From positions 1,315 through 65,314 of the forward strand of contig VBFR01000183.1 of the NCBI GenBank assembly GCA_005889345.1: DNA of 64,000 nt. The letters are read 5' to 3'. Both the position numbers and the translations under genes were made by a program. Positions 35,951-44,805 of this stretch are shown piece by piece. The notes below the pieces were generated by a model. It had not been told where the DNA came from. It did no database searches and was given only the letters and a program-made list of their open reading frames with translations. The DNA comes from Chloroflexota bacterium. Lineage in GTDB: Bacteria; Chloroflexota; Dormibacteria; CF-121. Position 1 is the first letter of the stretch, and each line of letters begins with the position of its first letter.

Positions 35951-36492
35951 CGCTTGACCAGCTGCTCTGGCTGACCTCGCGCGCGGCGGCCCTGACCGCC
36001 TTCTTCGTTCTCGCGGCCGCCCTGGTGACCGGCCAGGCGCTGCGCAGCGCCATGTTCGAGGGAGCGATGCGCAATCGCGACCTGTCGAATCTGCACCGCT
36101 TCCTTACCGTCTGCTGGGTGCCGTTCGTCGGCCTGCACGTGCTGGCGATGACACTCGACGCCGTCGCACGGATCAGCCCGATCGACCTCGTGATCCCCTT
36201 CCATGTCTCGTATGCCTCACTGGCGATCGGCTTCGGCACCATTGGATTCGATCTCCTGCTGATCGTGACCGTCACCGGCTACTTGAGGCGGCACCTCGAC
36301 CCCCTCGCCTGGCGCTGGCTCCACCGGCTCTCCTATCCGATGTTCGGCGCGTTTGCGCTCCATGCCCTGCTGTCCGGGACCGACTTCGCGCGCCCGCTCG
36401 TGCTCGCGCCGGCCGCCGGCGTGGTCGCCTTCATCATCATCGTGAGCCTGGCGCGCCTCGCCTTCGGGCGGATGGAAACGACACAGCGCTAG
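35947..36492 (+). CDS. MsrQ/YedZ-like ferric-reductase-type transmembrane heme protein
   Basis: Six TM segments with paired His (HRFLTVCWVPFVGLHVL; WRWLHRLSYPMFGAFALHAL), the same spacing as E. coli MsrQ. Overlaps the apbE stop (ATGA). Confidence 0.6.
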   Translation: MTLDQLLWLTSRAAALTAFFVLAAALVTGQALRSAMFEGAMRNRDLSNLHRFLTVCWVPFVGLHVLAMTLDAVARISPIDLVIPFHVSYASLAIGFGTIGFDLLLIVTVTGYLRRHLDPLAWRWLHRLSYPMFGAFALHALLSGTDFARPLVLAPAAGVVAFIIIVSLARLAFGRMETTQR

Positions 36493-36505
36493 ACTCGTCG
36501 GCACC

Positions 36506-37273
36506 ATGGATGCCTGGGAGCGAGCGATCGCCTTCATGCGCACCGTCGACGAGCGCTCAGCCGAGTCCGTCGTGCCCTTTCGCTGGGGCCGCGCCCTGAT
36601 CAATCAACGGCTGAATCGGGTTCCCGATCTCAACTTCCTGATCGCAGACCGGGTGGAGGATGCGGGCGCGTCCGCCCTGAACGGAGAGGCGGAACGGATC
36701 CAGGGCGCCGTGGGCCTCCAATATCGACGCGTTAACGTTGATGACCGCGCGGCTGCGGAACGCTTCTCGGCTGGTTTCCGAACACTCGGGTACACGCCCG
36801 AGCGCTTTGTGATCATGGCGCACCGCCGGCGGCCGGACCACGAGGTCGATACGGCTACCGTGAAGGAGGTCGACTGGGAACTGATGCGCCCGGCCCGCGA
36901 GCGCGAGATCGCCAGCCAGCCCTGGGGAGCTGATCCACGCGTCGTGCAGCAGCTGCTCGCCAAGCACCAGTTGACCGCCCAGGGCACTCGTACCCGGTAC
37001 TTTGCGGCGCTGCTCGAGGGCAACGTCATCTCGTCGTGCGAGCTTCGAAGCGAGGGTGACACGGCGCAGGTCGAGACGGTGGAGACGCTGCCGGAATTCC
37101 GGCAGCGCGGCCTCTCGCGGGCGGTGGTTAGCGCCGCGCTGCATGCTGCGGCGGGATATGCCTTCGTCTTCCTGGTGACGGACGCGGAAGACTGGCCCCA
37201 GCACTACTATCGCCGGCTCGGCTTCGAACCCGTCGGCATCGAGTCGAGGTTTCTCCGAATCACCGATAGCTGA
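36506..37273 (+). CDS. GNAT family N-acetyltransferase
   Basis: ETLPEFRQRGLSRAVVSAALHAA acetyl-CoA-binding motif. Confidence 0.7.
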   Translation: MDAWERAIAFMRTVDERSAESVVPFRWGRALINQRLNRVPDLNFLIADRVEDAGASALNGEAERIQGAVGLQYRRVNVDDRAAAERFSAGFRTLGYTPERFVIMAHRRRPDHEVDTATVKEVDWELMRPAREREIASQPWGADPRVVQQLLAKHQLTAQGTRTRYFAALLEGNVISSCELRSEGDTAQVETVETLPEFRQRGLSRAVVSAALHAAAGYAFVFLVTDAEDWPQHYYRRLGFEPVGIESRFLRITDS

Positions 37274-37309
37274 CAGTGGCAAACGGTAGGCTGAACGAGA
37301 TCGCCGATC

Positions 37310-37684
37310 GTGTTCGGCATGGAAGACCAAGGCCAGGAGGGTCCTGCGATGCGTGTTATCGATGTCGTCAACGAGGCAAAGGCTGCGATGCGGGCGTCCG
37401 AAGTCTTCGGCACCCCCTACGAAAAGAATGGGATCACGATCATCCCTGCGGCGAAGATCGCCGGAGGCGCCGGTGGTGGGGGTGACCAGGCCCAGCCTCA
37501 GGCCGGCGGAGTTGGCTTCGGCGTGTCCTCGCGGCCGGTTGGCGCCTTCGTGATCAAAGGCGACGAGGTGAGCTGGCAGCCGGCCCTCGACCTGAATCGA
37601 ATCATCCTGATGGGACAGGTCGTCGCGATCGTGGCGCTGCTGACCGCGCGCGCGATCGTGAAAGTGGCCGCGAAGCGCCGTTGA
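37310..37684 (+). CDS. YtfJ/GerW family protein
   Basis: GITIIPAAKIAGGAGGGGDQ...GVGFGVSSRPVGAFVIKGDEV pattern. Confidence 0.65.
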   Translation: MFGMEDQGQEGPAMRVIDVVNEAKAAMRASEVFGTPYEKNGITIIPAAKIAGGAGGGGDQAQPQAGGVGFGVSSRPVGAFVIKGDEVSWQPALDLNRIILMGQVVAIVALLTARAIVKVAAKRR

Positions 37685-38928
37685 TGGCGACGGCGATCGA
37701 CGTCGACCTGCAGTCCGTTCGCCGTCAGTTCCCCTCACTCGCTCTCACGATCGACGGTGAGCCAGTCGTCTACCTCGACAATCCCGCCGGGACCCAGGTG
37801 CCGCAGCGCGTCATCGACCGCACCGCCGACTACTGGCGGACGATGAATGCCAACCAGGGCAGCGTCTTTCCGACCAGCCGGCGGTCGGATGCCCTGATCG
37901 CGCAAGTTCGTGAGGCGGCCGCGACCTTCCTCAACGCTGCCTCTGCGGACGAGATCGTCTTCGGACCGAACATGACGACGCTGACGTTCGCGTTCAGCCG
38001 CGCGATCGGGCGCGAGCTACGGCCGGGCGACGAGATCGTCGTCACCCGGCTCGACCACGATGGGAACGTCTCGCCCTGGCTGGCACTTCAGGAGCTCGGC
38101 GTAAGCGTGCGCTTCGTCGACATCAAGGTCCCTGAGTGCACGCTCGACATGAGCGATCTGCATCGCCAGCTGACGCCGCGCACGCGGTTGGTGGCGGTGA
38201 CGCACGCGTCGAATGTTGTGGGCAGCATCCCCGATCTTGCGGCGGTTGCGCGCGCGGCCCACGCTGCAGGCGCCTGGGTATGGGTTGATGCGGTTCACTA
38301 CGGGCCGCACGGACCGATCGATGTCCGCGCCATCGACTGCGACTTTCTTGTCTGTTCGAGCTACAAGTTCTTCGGTCCGCACCAGGGGATTCTCTACGGA
38401 CGCCGGGAGCTGCTGCAGCGCCTGCGTCCCTACAAGGTCCGGCCGGCGAGCGACGAGGTGCCGACGCGCTGGGAGACCGGAACACAAAACCACGAGTGTC
38501 TCGCCGGGCTCCTCGGCGCCTTCGAGTACCTGGCGGCGATCGGTGGCGACGACCGGGTGCGGCGGCCGGCGCTGGAAGCGGCGATGGATCGCATCCGCCG
38601 CCACGAGCGGGCCCTGGTGGCCCGCCTGATCGACGGCCTGCAGCAGATTCCTGGGATCGCGATCTACGGCATCACGGCGCCGGCGGAGCTCGATCACCGG
38701 GTGCCAACCGTGTCGCTGACCTGGCTGCCGCATCGACCCGAGGCCCTGGCGGGCTGGCTGGCCAGCCACCAGGTTTTTGCGACCCATGGCGACCACTACG
38801 CGACCGAGCTGATCACGAGACTGAAACTCGTGGACGACGGCGGCACGCTGCGCATCGGCATCGCCCACTACAACACGGCGAGCGAGATCGACCTCGTGCT
38901 GGAACTACTCGCCGGTTTCCGCGGGTAG
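37681..38928 (+). CDS. cysteine-desulfurase-like class V aminotransferase (PLP-dependent)
   Basis: Aminotransferase class V fold; the PLP Lys lies in SSYKFFGPHQGILYG. Confidence 0.8.
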   Translation: MMATAIDVDLQSVRRQFPSLALTIDGEPVVYLDNPAGTQVPQRVIDRTADYWRTMNANQGSVFPTSRRSDALIAQVREAAATFLNAASADEIVFGPNMTTLTFAFSRAIGRELRPGDEIVVTRLDHDGNVSPWLALQELGVSVRFVDIKVPECTLDMSDLHRQLTPRTRLVAVTHASNVVGSIPDLAAVARAAHAAGAWVWVDAVHYGPHGPIDVRAIDCDFLVCSSYKFFGPHQGILYGRRELLQRLRPYKVRPASDEVPTRWETGTQNHECLAGLLGAFEYLAAIGGDDRVRRPALEAAMDRIRRHERALVARLIDGLQQIPGIAIYGITAPAELDHRVPTVSLTWLPHRPEALAGWLASHQVFATHGDHYATELITRLKLVDDGGTLRIGIAHYNTASEIDLVLELLAGFRG

Positions 38929-38939
38929 GCGCAAGGCGA

Positions 38940-39914
38940 TCAGACGCTGATGAGGAGCACGCCGGCGAAGGCGAGGCCGATCCCGGCTTGCTGCACGCGA
39001 GCCATGCGTTCATTGAGCACGATGCGGGCCAGGATCACGGTCGACACCGGGTAGAGCGACGAGAGGATGGATACGACGCTCAGCAGGCCGAGCGTGGTGG
39101 CAAACGCGAAGAAGACGTCGGCGCCAACGTCGAGGACGCCAATGGCAAACAGGGCCGGCAGGTCGGGGAGCGCGACCTTGATCCGCGAGCGGAACGCCAC
39201 GGCGAGCAGCAGCAGCGCCGCCACACTTCCGGTCCGCGTCGCCAGTACGCCCCAGACGGGATCCGGCCGGCTCGCGTAGCGGATCGCGACCAGGAAGAGG
39301 CCGAAGGCGAGCGCCGCGACAAGCGCGAGAGCGACGCCAGGGAGGAGGCGCCGCCCGGACTCGGTGGGGCGGCGATCGACAGCCAGCAGCGCGATTCCGC
39401 CGAGCGCCAGGGCCATGCCGAAGACCTGCAGCGCCGTCGGTCGCTCGCCCAAGACCAGGCCAACCAGGATCGGCACCACGGGCCCCGTCGCGGCGATGGT
39501 CGAGACGACGCTGATAACCCCGATCGCCATCCCTCGATAGACCGCCGACAACCCGACCAGCCCGGCGAGTCCGGCGACGATGCCGGCGACCATCCAGAGG
39601 CCCGGTCGCGGGGCGCCGCCGCGAACGATGACGACGATGGCGATCAGCACGAGCGTCGGCGGCTGGGAGACGAACAGAACGGCGAACACGCCCAGGCGAC
39701 GGGTGTTGATGCCACCGATGAAGTCGCCGATGCCCCAGCTGACGCTGGCGGCAAGGGCGAGTAGAACGGCCGTCAGCGCGCCACCCGACGAACGGTCGTG
39801 CCCGTCAGCAGGTCGCCCAGGCGCCGGCGCTGCCGGCTGCGGAGGACCAGAACGGCGTCCACCGGCCAGAGGGGAATTAGGACCGCCAGCAGGTTGCGCA
39901 GGGTCGCGCGCCAC
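38940..39914 (-). CDS. EamA/DMT family transporter
   Basis: Ten TM helices with EamA repeats. The N-terminal about 45 codons overlap the upstream gene, so the true start is probably near 39780. Confidence 0.7.
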   Translation of the reverse strand: MARDPAQPAGGPNSPLAGGRRSGPPQPAAPAPGRPADGHDRSSGGALTAVLLALAASVSWGIGDFIGGINTRRLGVFAVLFVSQPPTLVLIAIVVIVRGGAPRPGLWMVAGIVAGLAGLVGLSAVYRGMAIGVISVVSTIAATGPVVPILVGLVLGERPTALQVFGMALALGGIALLAVDRRPTESGRRLLPGVALALVAALAFGLFLVAIRYASRPDPVWGVLATRTGSVAALLLLAVAFRSRIKVALPDLPALFAIGVLDVGADVFFAFATTLGLLSVVSILSSLYPVSTVILARIVLNERMARVQQAGIGLAFAGVLLISV

Positions 39915-40870
39915 CAGCCGGGTACGCCAGCAGGCCCGTAGACCGAGATCCCCATCAATGTTTTTCCGATCGTCTGCCCGGTGCGCGCCTCAATGGGAAC
40001 GCGATACGCCAGTGCGATAACCGCCAGCAGCAGGATGCCCTCGGGATCGAGCACGATCTCGACGGTGTCCAGCCCGGATACCGCGGTCAGAATCAGGATC
40101 GCGCCGGTGAATGCGATCGCGAGGTCGATCAGGCCGGCCCACACCCGGCGGACGAGGGGAAACTGGCGCCACCGGCCATCGTCGGGATGCCGGAAGATCG
40201 CCGCGTCGATCGTATCCGCCATCTGGCGGCGCACGCCCAGCACGATCGGGTCCAGGGCTGCAAGGGCGCCTCGGCGTGCCAGCCAGCGCACCGAGAGGAT
40301 GACCGCGAGGGCCGCCAGCACCGTCACGGCGATGACGAAGAATCGATGCTCGGCCCGGTGGAACATGCGGACCGCCGGCTGGCCCGCCAGGGCGCCGAGT
40401 CCGACAAAGATCGCGATGTACACCACGACCGACGGGGTGAGACCCGCGGCAAACGTCAGGCGCGACATCTTGCTGACGCCGGCAACCTGGGTGGTGGTGA
40501 TGCGAAGGCCCGGTATCAGCCGGCCGATGAAGACCGCCGGTGCCCCGCGGCGTCGGAGCAGGTCGGTCGTGCGGTCCAGCGCCGGCCGGAAGCCGAGCGC
40601 GTCCGCGGCCTTCAGCAGCGCGGGGCGCCCCACGGCGGCGAAGACTTCCCGGCCAACCATCGCACCGAGGATGGTGGCGAGCAGCAGCGCGCCCACCATG
40701 GGCACCGGGTCGACGGTGTCGCTGGCGATGGCGATCCCCGCGATGATCAGGAGCAGATCGCCCGGCGCAAAGGGGATGGGGATTCCGCTCTCCTCGACGA
40801 AGACGAGCCCGGCGATCACGAACATGAGCAGGTCGCCGCTCAGGCTGCCGATAGAGGTGATGGGATTCAT
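39773..40870 (-). CDS. membrane protein fusing a DedA/VTT domain (N-terminus) with an RDD domain (C-terminus)
   Basis: FVEESGIPIPFAPGDLLLIIAG VTT motif, and an RDD-like segment TGQTIGKTLMGISV. Confidence 0.6.
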   Translation of the reverse strand: MNPITSIGSLSGDLLMFVIAGLVFVEESGIPIPFAPGDLLLIIAGIAIASDTVDPVPMVGALLLATILGAMVGREVFAAVGRPALLKAADALGFRPALDRTTDLLRRRGAPAVFIGRLIPGLRITTTQVAGVSKMSRLTFAAGLTPSVVVYIAIFVGLGALAGQPAVRMFHRAEHRFFVIAVTVLAALAVILSVRWLARRGALAALDPIVLGVRRQMADTIDAAIFRHPDDGRWRQFPLVRRVWAGLIDLAIAFTGAILILTAVSGLDTVEIVLDPEGILLLAVIALAYRVPIEARTGQTIGKTLMGISVYGPAGVPGWWRATLRNLLAVLIPLWPVDAVLVLRSRQRRRLGDLLTGTTVRRVAR

Positions 40871-40906
40871 GACGCCAGTTCCTCTAACTCTGACGGAGTC
40901 AGGTGC

Positions 40907-42493
40907 CTAGCCGATCAGCTCGCGGATCAAGGGGATCGGCATGGCCCCGCAACCGAGAAAGGCATCGTGGAACGCCTTCAGCGTAAACCCGGGGCGGCGC
41001 TGCAGGTCCTTGCGCAGTTCGAGGATCAGCAGTTTGCCCAGCGTGTAGTTCAGGTACATCGGATCCCAGGCGCCGCGCGTCGCCTCGCGGGTGGCGGGCA
41101 GCTCCGTCATGTATCCGACGGACTTGAACAGGTCAATGGCGTCCGCCATCGCCATCCCCTGGCAGTGCAGGCCGAGGGCGACGAGGAATCGGCAGTCGCG
41201 CAGCAGTGCCTCGAGGCGCTGAGCCAGCAACTGCATCGGGTCGGCAGAATAGCCGATCTCCAGCATCATCTCTTCAACGTAGTGGGCAAAGCCTTCGCCT
41301 GTGCTGTACGTCCAGAACAGTTGACGCGTCGGCGATGTGGCCTGCCGCTCGAACAGACCCTGGACGTAATGGCCTGGATACGCCTCGTGGATCGAGGTGC
41401 CTTCCATCGTGGCGTAATTCATGTAGCGCAACCATTCCTCGCTTTTGGCCGCATCCCAGTCGGCGCGGGGGACCGTCACCCAGTAGTAGCTGTCGGTGGC
41501 GACGGTTTCGAGCGGTCCGGCGCTGTCCATGGCGGCGCTGATATAGGCGGCATAGGACGGCGTGGGTTGGACCAGGCAGCGGCCATCACTAGGAAGCGAC
41601 ACGACGTCGCGCTCCACGAGAAAAGCGCGAAGGCGGCCCAGCATCGCGGTCACGTCGGCGATGATCGAGGTCGCGCTCGGGTGGTGATCCTCCAGGCGCG
41701 TCACCGCGCCCTGGACGCCGGCCCCGGGTGCGATCTGCTCGGCTGCCGCTTCGGCGGCGGCACGATTGCGGTCGATGTCGGCGCGCACCATGCGTTCGAG
41801 CGCAGGGACGTCGAGCTGCACGAATTCGCGCAAGTCCAGCAGGCGGAGGAAGTGGTCCGTGCCGAGGGCATAGGCGTCGTCGGCCGTCGCGACCCTCGCC
41901 TGCAGTCCAACGCCAAAATCTCGCAGTTGGGTGCTGGCCACCTCGATGGCCTTGAGCGTTTCTGCGTGGCCGGCGGCGGCGGCACGGACTTCACCGTCGA
42001 GGTACGCGACCTGGCCGTCGACCGCCTCGATCGCGATCTCGAGGTTGGGGCGCGGCAGCACCGCCTCCAGGTTGTCGCGGGCCGCCTCGAGGAAGCCGCC
42101 GTACCCGAGCAGATGGCGGCGAAGCGCCGCGAAGCGGTCCTCCAGCGGGGCGTACGGCCGCTTCACGTAAAAGCTGACGTCCAGCTCACTGGGTCCGGCG
42201 TAGAACATCGGCTCACGAAATGGCAGCCGTAACTCCGTGAGCTCGAAACGGGCGGCCTCGAGCTGGGCGACGAGCGCGCGGCGGTCGATCGCCTGGCCAG
42301 GATCGAGTCCCATCACCGCGCCGATCGTGGAGAGGTCGCGGTCGATTTCCGCCACGCGAGCGCGTATCGCGGTCCTGGAAAGATCGCCGACCACGCCGTC
42401 GAACCGGTGATCTCCGACGTAGCGGGCGTGGGTCGGCGAAAAGCGCAAGAAGCCATCGATCACCTTCCGCTCGACGGCCGGCCATTCCCCCAC
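40907..42493 (-). CDS. DUF885-family putative metallopeptidase
   Basis: HEAYPGHYVQ (HExxPGH) motif and size about 530 aa. Confidence 0.6.
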   Translation of the reverse strand: MGEWPAVERKVIDGFLRFSPTHARYVGDHRFDGVVGDLSRTAIRARVAEIDRDLSTIGAVMGLDPGQAIDRRALVAQLEAARFELTELRLPFREPMFYAGPSELDVSFYVKRPYAPLEDRFAALRRHLLGYGGFLEAARDNLEAVLPRPNLEIAIEAVDGQVAYLDGEVRAAAAGHAETLKAIEVASTQLRDFGVGLQARVATADDAYALGTDHFLRLLDLREFVQLDVPALERMVRADIDRNRAAAEAAAEQIAPGAGVQGAVTRLEDHHPSATSIIADVTAMLGRLRAFLVERDVVSLPSDGRCLVQPTPSYAAYISAAMDSAGPLETVATDSYYWVTVPRADWDAAKSEEWLRYMNYATMEGTSIHEAYPGHYVQGLFERQATSPTRQLFWTYSTGEGFAHYVEEMMLEIGYSADPMQLLAQRLEALLRDCRFLVALGLHCQGMAMADAIDLFKSVGYMTELPATREATRGAWDPMYLNYTLGKLLILELRKDLQRRPGFTLKAFHDAFLGCGAMPIPLIRELIG

Positions 42494-42570
42494 GGCTTTG
42501 AGGCTAGCAGGAGCCCGGGAACCGTCATGGGGGCCGTAAGGGAGCGCTGTTACGTTGACGTCACCGAATC

Positions 42571-44085
42571 ATGCGCCAGCCATCATCGCCCCGTCACCTG
42601 CTGTCAAGCGTTCGCCCCGCGATGGCGGCCCTGCTAGCAGCGGGCGGCCTGGCGCTGACGATCGTGCCTGCTGTGCCCGCCTGGGCGGCCTCCAACCAGG
42701 CCCATCTCGATCGTCAGGTGCTCAAGGCGATGCAGGCGGGACGGTCCATCCGCGTCATCGTGGTTGCCCGCGGCGATCTGAACATCCTGCAGTCCGATCT
42801 GCGGCGCACCGGTCTGGAACATACCGTGCGTGTCCCGATTGCCCACGGCATCGCCGTCGAGCTGACGCCCGCGCTGATCGACCACTTCCGCGTGGACGCG
42901 AACGTCGCACGTCTGATCTATGACGCACCCGTCACGCTCAGCGATACCCCCTTCAACCCAACGGCGCTGGCGACCGCCTATCCGGCGGTTGCGGACGCGG
43001 TGACGATCTGGAGCAATCCGGTGGCGCCGCTCACCGGGCAGGGGATCGGGGTCGCTGTCATCGACAGTGGCATCGCCTCACACCCCGACCTGGGGGATCG
43101 CATCATCGCGAGCCAGGACTTCAATCCGAACGTCACCGGCACGGATGACGCGTACGGCCACGGCACCGCAGTTTCCGGGATCATCGCCGGGGATGGCACG
43201 GCGAGCCTGGGACAGTACATCGGCGTGGCACCGCAGGCGAACCTCATCAACCTCCGGGTCAACGACGGCACCGGCGGCGCGCCGACCTCCGCCATCATGA
43301 ACGCCATTCTCTGGGCGGTCGTCAACAGGAAGACCTACAACATCCGCGTGCTTAACCTCTCGCTGCAGGCGTCGGTGCAGGAGAGCTACCGCACCAGCGC
43401 GATCGATGCCGCCGTCGAATATGCGTGGCTGAAAGGCCTCGTCGTGGTCGTGGCCGCGGGTAACAGCGGGCCCGACAGCGCGCTCTATGCGCCGGCGAAT
43501 GATCCATATGTGATCACGGTTGGGGCGACCGACGACCAGGGCACCCCCTCGACGGCCGACGATGCGCTGGCGAGTTTTTCGAGCTATGGACTCACCCAGG
43601 ACGGCTTCACCAAGCCGGACGTCGTCGCGCCCGGCCGGCGGATCATCACCACGCTGGCACCGAACAGCAGTTTCGCGCTGAACTACCCGAGCTTCATGGT
43701 TGGCACGCAGTACATCCAGCTGAGCGGCACCTCGGTGGCGGCCCCGGTGGTCAGCGGAGCGGCGGCGCTCTATATCGAGAGCAATCCGACCGTGCGTCCA
43801 GGCCAGCTCAAGGGCGTGCTCCTCGCGACCAGCAACCACCTCGCGCTCACCGGTACCGGCGCGGGGTATCCGGACGTCGCGCATGCCATCGCCTATCCCG
43901 GCCTGCTCGGCAATGCCGACCACGGCCTCGACCCTAACAACTACCTCAAAGTCCTCTACATGGCGGCCAAAAACCTGACGACCATGCCGCTGGTCTCCTG
44001 GGATACCGTCTCCTGGGACACCGTTTCCTGGGACAGCGTCTCCTGGGATAGCGTCTCCTGGGACGCCGTGAGTTGGGGTAGCTAG
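42571..44085 (+). CDS. S8 family subtilisin-like serine peptidase with N-terminal propeptide and C-terminal (SWDxV)x6 repeat
   Basis: Catalytic Asp (AVIDSGI), His (HGTAVSG) and Ser (GTSVAAP) motifs, and a signal peptide. Confidence 0.85.
   Translation: MRQPSSPRHLLSSVRPAMAALLAAGGLALTIVPAVPAWAASNQAHLDRQVLKAMQAGRSIRVIVVARGDLNILQSDLRRTGLEHTVRVPIAHGIAVELTPALIDHFRVDANVARLIYDAPVTLSDTPFNPTALATAYPAVADAVTIWSNPVAPLTGQGIGVAVIDSGIASHPDLGDRIIASQDFNPNVTGTDDAYGHGTAVSGIIAGDGTASLGQYIGVAPQANLINLRVNDGTGGAPTSAIMNAILWAVVNRKTYNIRVLNLSLQASVQESYRTSAIDAAVEYAWLKGLVVVVAAGNSGPDSALYAPANDPYVITVGATDDQGTPSTADDALASFSSYGLTQDGFTKPDVVAPGRRIITTLAPNSSFALNYPSFMVGTQYIQLSGTSVAAPVVSGAAALYIESNPTVRPGQLKGVLLATSNHLALTGTGAGYPDVAHAIAYPGLLGNADHGLDPNNYLKVLYMAAKNLTTMPLVSWDTVSWDTVSWDSVSWDSVSWDAVSWGS
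43993..44082. repeat. 6 x 15-bp tandem repeat encoding VSWDT/VSWDS pentapeptides
   Basis: Direct inspection of the sequence. Confidence 0.8.
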
Positions 44086-44087
44086 CG

Positions 44088-44798
44088 ATGAAAGGGGGAC
44101 GACTCTCAGGCCCGGCGCTCGCCTACATCGCTGGAGCCAGCATCGTCGCCATCGCGGTCGCGGTGATCCGTTGGCACAGCGAAATCGACGGCAACGTCGT
44201 GCTGTTCGGCGTGATCGCCGGCCTGGGCATGCTGGCGCATGCGTATCCGGTTCAGGGGTTCCGTCACCAGGCGTACCAGGTCACGTTGCCTTTCATCGTC
44301 ATCGCGGCCGCCACCTTCAGCACCCCGGAGTTGGTGGCGTTTATCGTCTTGATCCACCTGGCCGAGCAGGTCCGGCTTCGCCGGCGGCTCTACATCCAGT
44401 GGTTCAATGTCTGCGATTATTACCTCAGCGCAGCGGCCGCGGCCGCTGTCTACCAGAGGGCAGCGCAGCTGCTCCCGGATGATGCTTTCGGTTACCTCGC
44501 CGCCGCCCTTTCGGCGGGCTGTGCCTTCGTCCTCCTCAACCGTGTGCTGTTGGCCGGCGCGCTCTGGTTCGCCCGCGGCCTTTCGCCGCGTGCCTCCGGG
44601 CTCTTCCAGTCCGAGTTGCTGGCTGCTGACCTGATCATCACGTGGATCGCGGGCCCAATGTTGCTGCTCACGCTGCAGACTGGACCCTGGACGGTGCTCG
44701 TCACTGCTGGCCCGCTATTGCTGGCACGCCCCGCGCTATCAACCCTGCTGGCACGGCGCCAGACTCCGGAGCGCCCGGAGGCGGCGCGGGCTGCTTGA
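44088..44798 (+). CDS. polytopic membrane sensor-type domain protein, paralogous to the N-terminal domain of the downstream GGDEF protein
   Basis: YQVTLPFIVIAAATFSTPELVAFIVLIHLAEQVRLRRRLYIQWFNV aligns with YYTTTIFFFAAAALLHPGYVVVIVLAAHAVEWLRVRTRWYIQAFNV in the next gene. Confidence 0.6.
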   Translation: MKGGRLSGPALAYIAGASIVAIAVAVIRWHSEIDGNVVLFGVIAGLGMLAHAYPVQGFRHQAYQVTLPFIVIAAATFSTPELVAFIVLIHLAEQVRLRRRLYIQWFNVCDYYLSAAAAAAVYQRAAQLLPDDAFGYLAAALSAGCAFVLLNRVLLAGALWFARGLSPRASGLFQSELLAADLIITWIAGPMLLLTLQTGPWTVLVTAGPLLLARPALSTLLARRQTPERPEAARAA

Positions 44799-44805
44799 GC
44801 GGTCG

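Noticed and set aside
38496-39764. 422-aa highly charged Arg/Asp/Gly-rich ORF
   Set aside because: It is antisense to the EamA transporter gene; the composition is not protein-like.
40187-42232. 681-aa ORF on the plus strand
   Set aside because: It is antisense to the DedA-RDD and DUF885 genes; its Arg/Gly/Asp-rich translation has no domain signal.
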